Shown here: in pieces, positions 62,331 to 64,000 of the stretch
Layout: every line of letters begins with the position of its first letter
Numbering within the stretch: the stretch's first letter is position 1
NCBI RefSeq assembly: GCF_006345805.1
Contig: NC_042997.1
Span: 100,192,001 to 100,256,000, forward strand
Length of the DNA: 64,000 nucleotides
Direction: 5' to 3'
Origin: Octopus sinensis
Lineage: Eukaryota
Notes under the pieces: model-generated
The model's database searches: none
What the model was told of the DNA's origin: nothing
What the model saw: the letters and a program-made list of their open reading frames with translations, nothing else
Program-made: the position numbers and the translations under genes

Positions 62331-62809
62331 CTACTCCTCAAATTGGAAGGCAAGGATGGGATACACACAACGTATATATGCGAGGGCATATATACATATA
62401 TATATATACACACATAAATAAATATATATATATTATACAGTCTCACATCTATTTATACATAGATATCAACATCTACAACGGAATGAATGAAAAGGTAAAC
62501 AATTAGCATCAGTTTAGAGCATGAAATTTATACAACTAAACATAATTGTAGAGGTATTACAATAGGGTTGTTAGAATACATTATATCATAGAAACAAGGA
62601 AGGTGTGCAGACAGTCTCTTACAGCTGTTTCCAGAATAGATGTACATACAGCATGTTCTCAGAAGACAGATAAGTTTTCCATATATTAGTGGACTATTCT
62701 ATCGGAGAAGAATTGACATGTGTCTGTTTGTATCACACACACATATATGTATCTGTTTAGTGCTGACCATCAGAAACACGAAAAAGTACTTATTTTATTT
62801 TGACTGATG

Positions 62810-63058
62810 GTGGCAAGCTGGTAGAGCCATTAGCATGCCAGGCATAGTGCTTGAGCCATTAGCATGCCAGGCATAGTGCTTAAGAGCATTTTAGCCATCT
62901 TTACGTTGAGTTCAAATTCCGCCAAGACTGACTTTGTCTTTCATCCTTTCAGGGTCAATAAAATAAGTACAACTTGAACACTGGGGGTTGGTTTAATCAA
63001 CTTTTTCTTCCTTCTAAATTACTGATCTTGTACCAAAATTTGAAATCAATATTTCATT
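62810..63058 (+). mobile_element. Meta-domain-like SINE with a perfect 29-bp tandem duplication (62824-62852, 62853-62881)
   Basis: gagttcaaattccgcc B box; gactttgtctttcatcctttcagggtcaataaaataagtac core; gagccattagcatgccaggcatagtgctt occurs twice. Confidence 0.75.
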
Positions 63059-63354
63059 TTGATCAAGCCAGTCTCTTGCTGCTCTGAGTTTTACCTATGG
63101 ATGCACAGTCTTCAGGAAAGTTACAACAGCATTTGTTTTGTTCCCATTTTGAATGTAACAGAACTTTCTTTCTAACCTTGTGTGTGTGTACACATATATA
63201 CACACACATGTATATGTGTTTGTATACATATATACACACACATGTATATGTGTTTGTATACATATATACATGAATATATATCTATACACATATAAGTACA
63301 TATATATAAAAATACATATATACATATGTATGTATGTATGTATGTATGTATACC

Positions 63355-63500
63355 TTACACAAAGTGGCTGGTGTTAGGAATTGCATGCAGTCATAGAAAC
63401 CATGCCAAAGCTGACAGTTGAGCTTGACACAGTTTCCTGGTTTGCCACCTACTGTCAAAAACCATCCAACCCATGCCAACATGGAAATAATGTTGATATA
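63355..63500 (+). mobile_element. RTE 3' tail copy (degenerate)
   Basis: gtggctggtgttaggaa...ccatccaacccatgccaacatggaaa matches the shared tail. Confidence 0.75.
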
Positions 63501-64000
63501 AAGATATATTAGGAGTATCAAATCAGCATAAAACATAACTATATTTATCCATTGAAATATAATCACCATAGTTAGCAATAACACCTTTCCACTTTGAAAC
63601 CAGTTTTCTGATTCCTTGAGCAAAACAAAATCAGGCTCTTTAGAAGAGAGAAATGTGTGGTGTGCCACTCTTCTAAATGTTTTCCACTGGCAAAGTGTTA
63701 ACTGACCTGAATAAATGAAAATCTCATGGTACTAGGTCTGGTGAGTAGGTAAAGTGAGGTAGAACTTCCTAGCGTTATGAATTTATCTTTTCTTGAATTA
63801 CCTACATTGTGGCCTTGCATTATTATGTGAAAGGATGATGACTCCTCTCTTGACTAGAAATGGTTTGTTTTTTTGACTCACACATTCAAGTTGTTGACAA
63901 AGTTCTGCAGTAATGCTTTTCCCTTGCTCCAATAATTCAAGGTGGACATTACTTAATGTGTTCTACTTTGGATGTTGAAACTGGATTTTCATTGCTGACT

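Noticed and set aside
63063-63377. Cys/Tyr/His-rich ORFs (also 40979-41299 and 60841-61045)
   Set aside because: They are translations of (CA)n/(TA)n/(TATG)n microsatellites.

Overview
AT-rich eukaryotic genomic DNA, most likely from an octopus (inferred from the repeat families and dense (TA)n/(CA)n/(GA)n tracts; no database check). The only host gene I can support is an internal part of KDM6A/UTX (H3K27 demethylase) on the minus strand. I assembled ten GT-AG coding exons by hand between 26106 and 497; they join in frame and encode the TPR repeats and the [12 protein letters not shown] motif, then enter a low-complexity region. The start codon and the JmjC domain lie outside the window. The next upstream exon was not found, so 26107-64000 looks like one intron of at least 37.9 kb. 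The rest of the window is intronic transposon debris: a full-length Tigger element, two mariner relics, a DD37D maT-type relic, a Chapaev3-like relic, a piggyBac derivative, TTAA MITEs, a pogo relic, a non-autonomous Helitron, RTE and CR1/Jockey-like LINE relics, many RTE 3' tails and several tRNA-derived SINE families. Nearly all short ORFs in the track are spurious or TE-derived. The best second-look items are a ~195-bp-arm inverted duplication (possible long dsRNA/ADAR substrate), a SINE carrying a degenerate hammerhead-ribozyme-like motif, a (TA)n-centred palindrome, and a strong antisense bias of the coding TE relics. I found no evidence of a wholly new multi-gene system.
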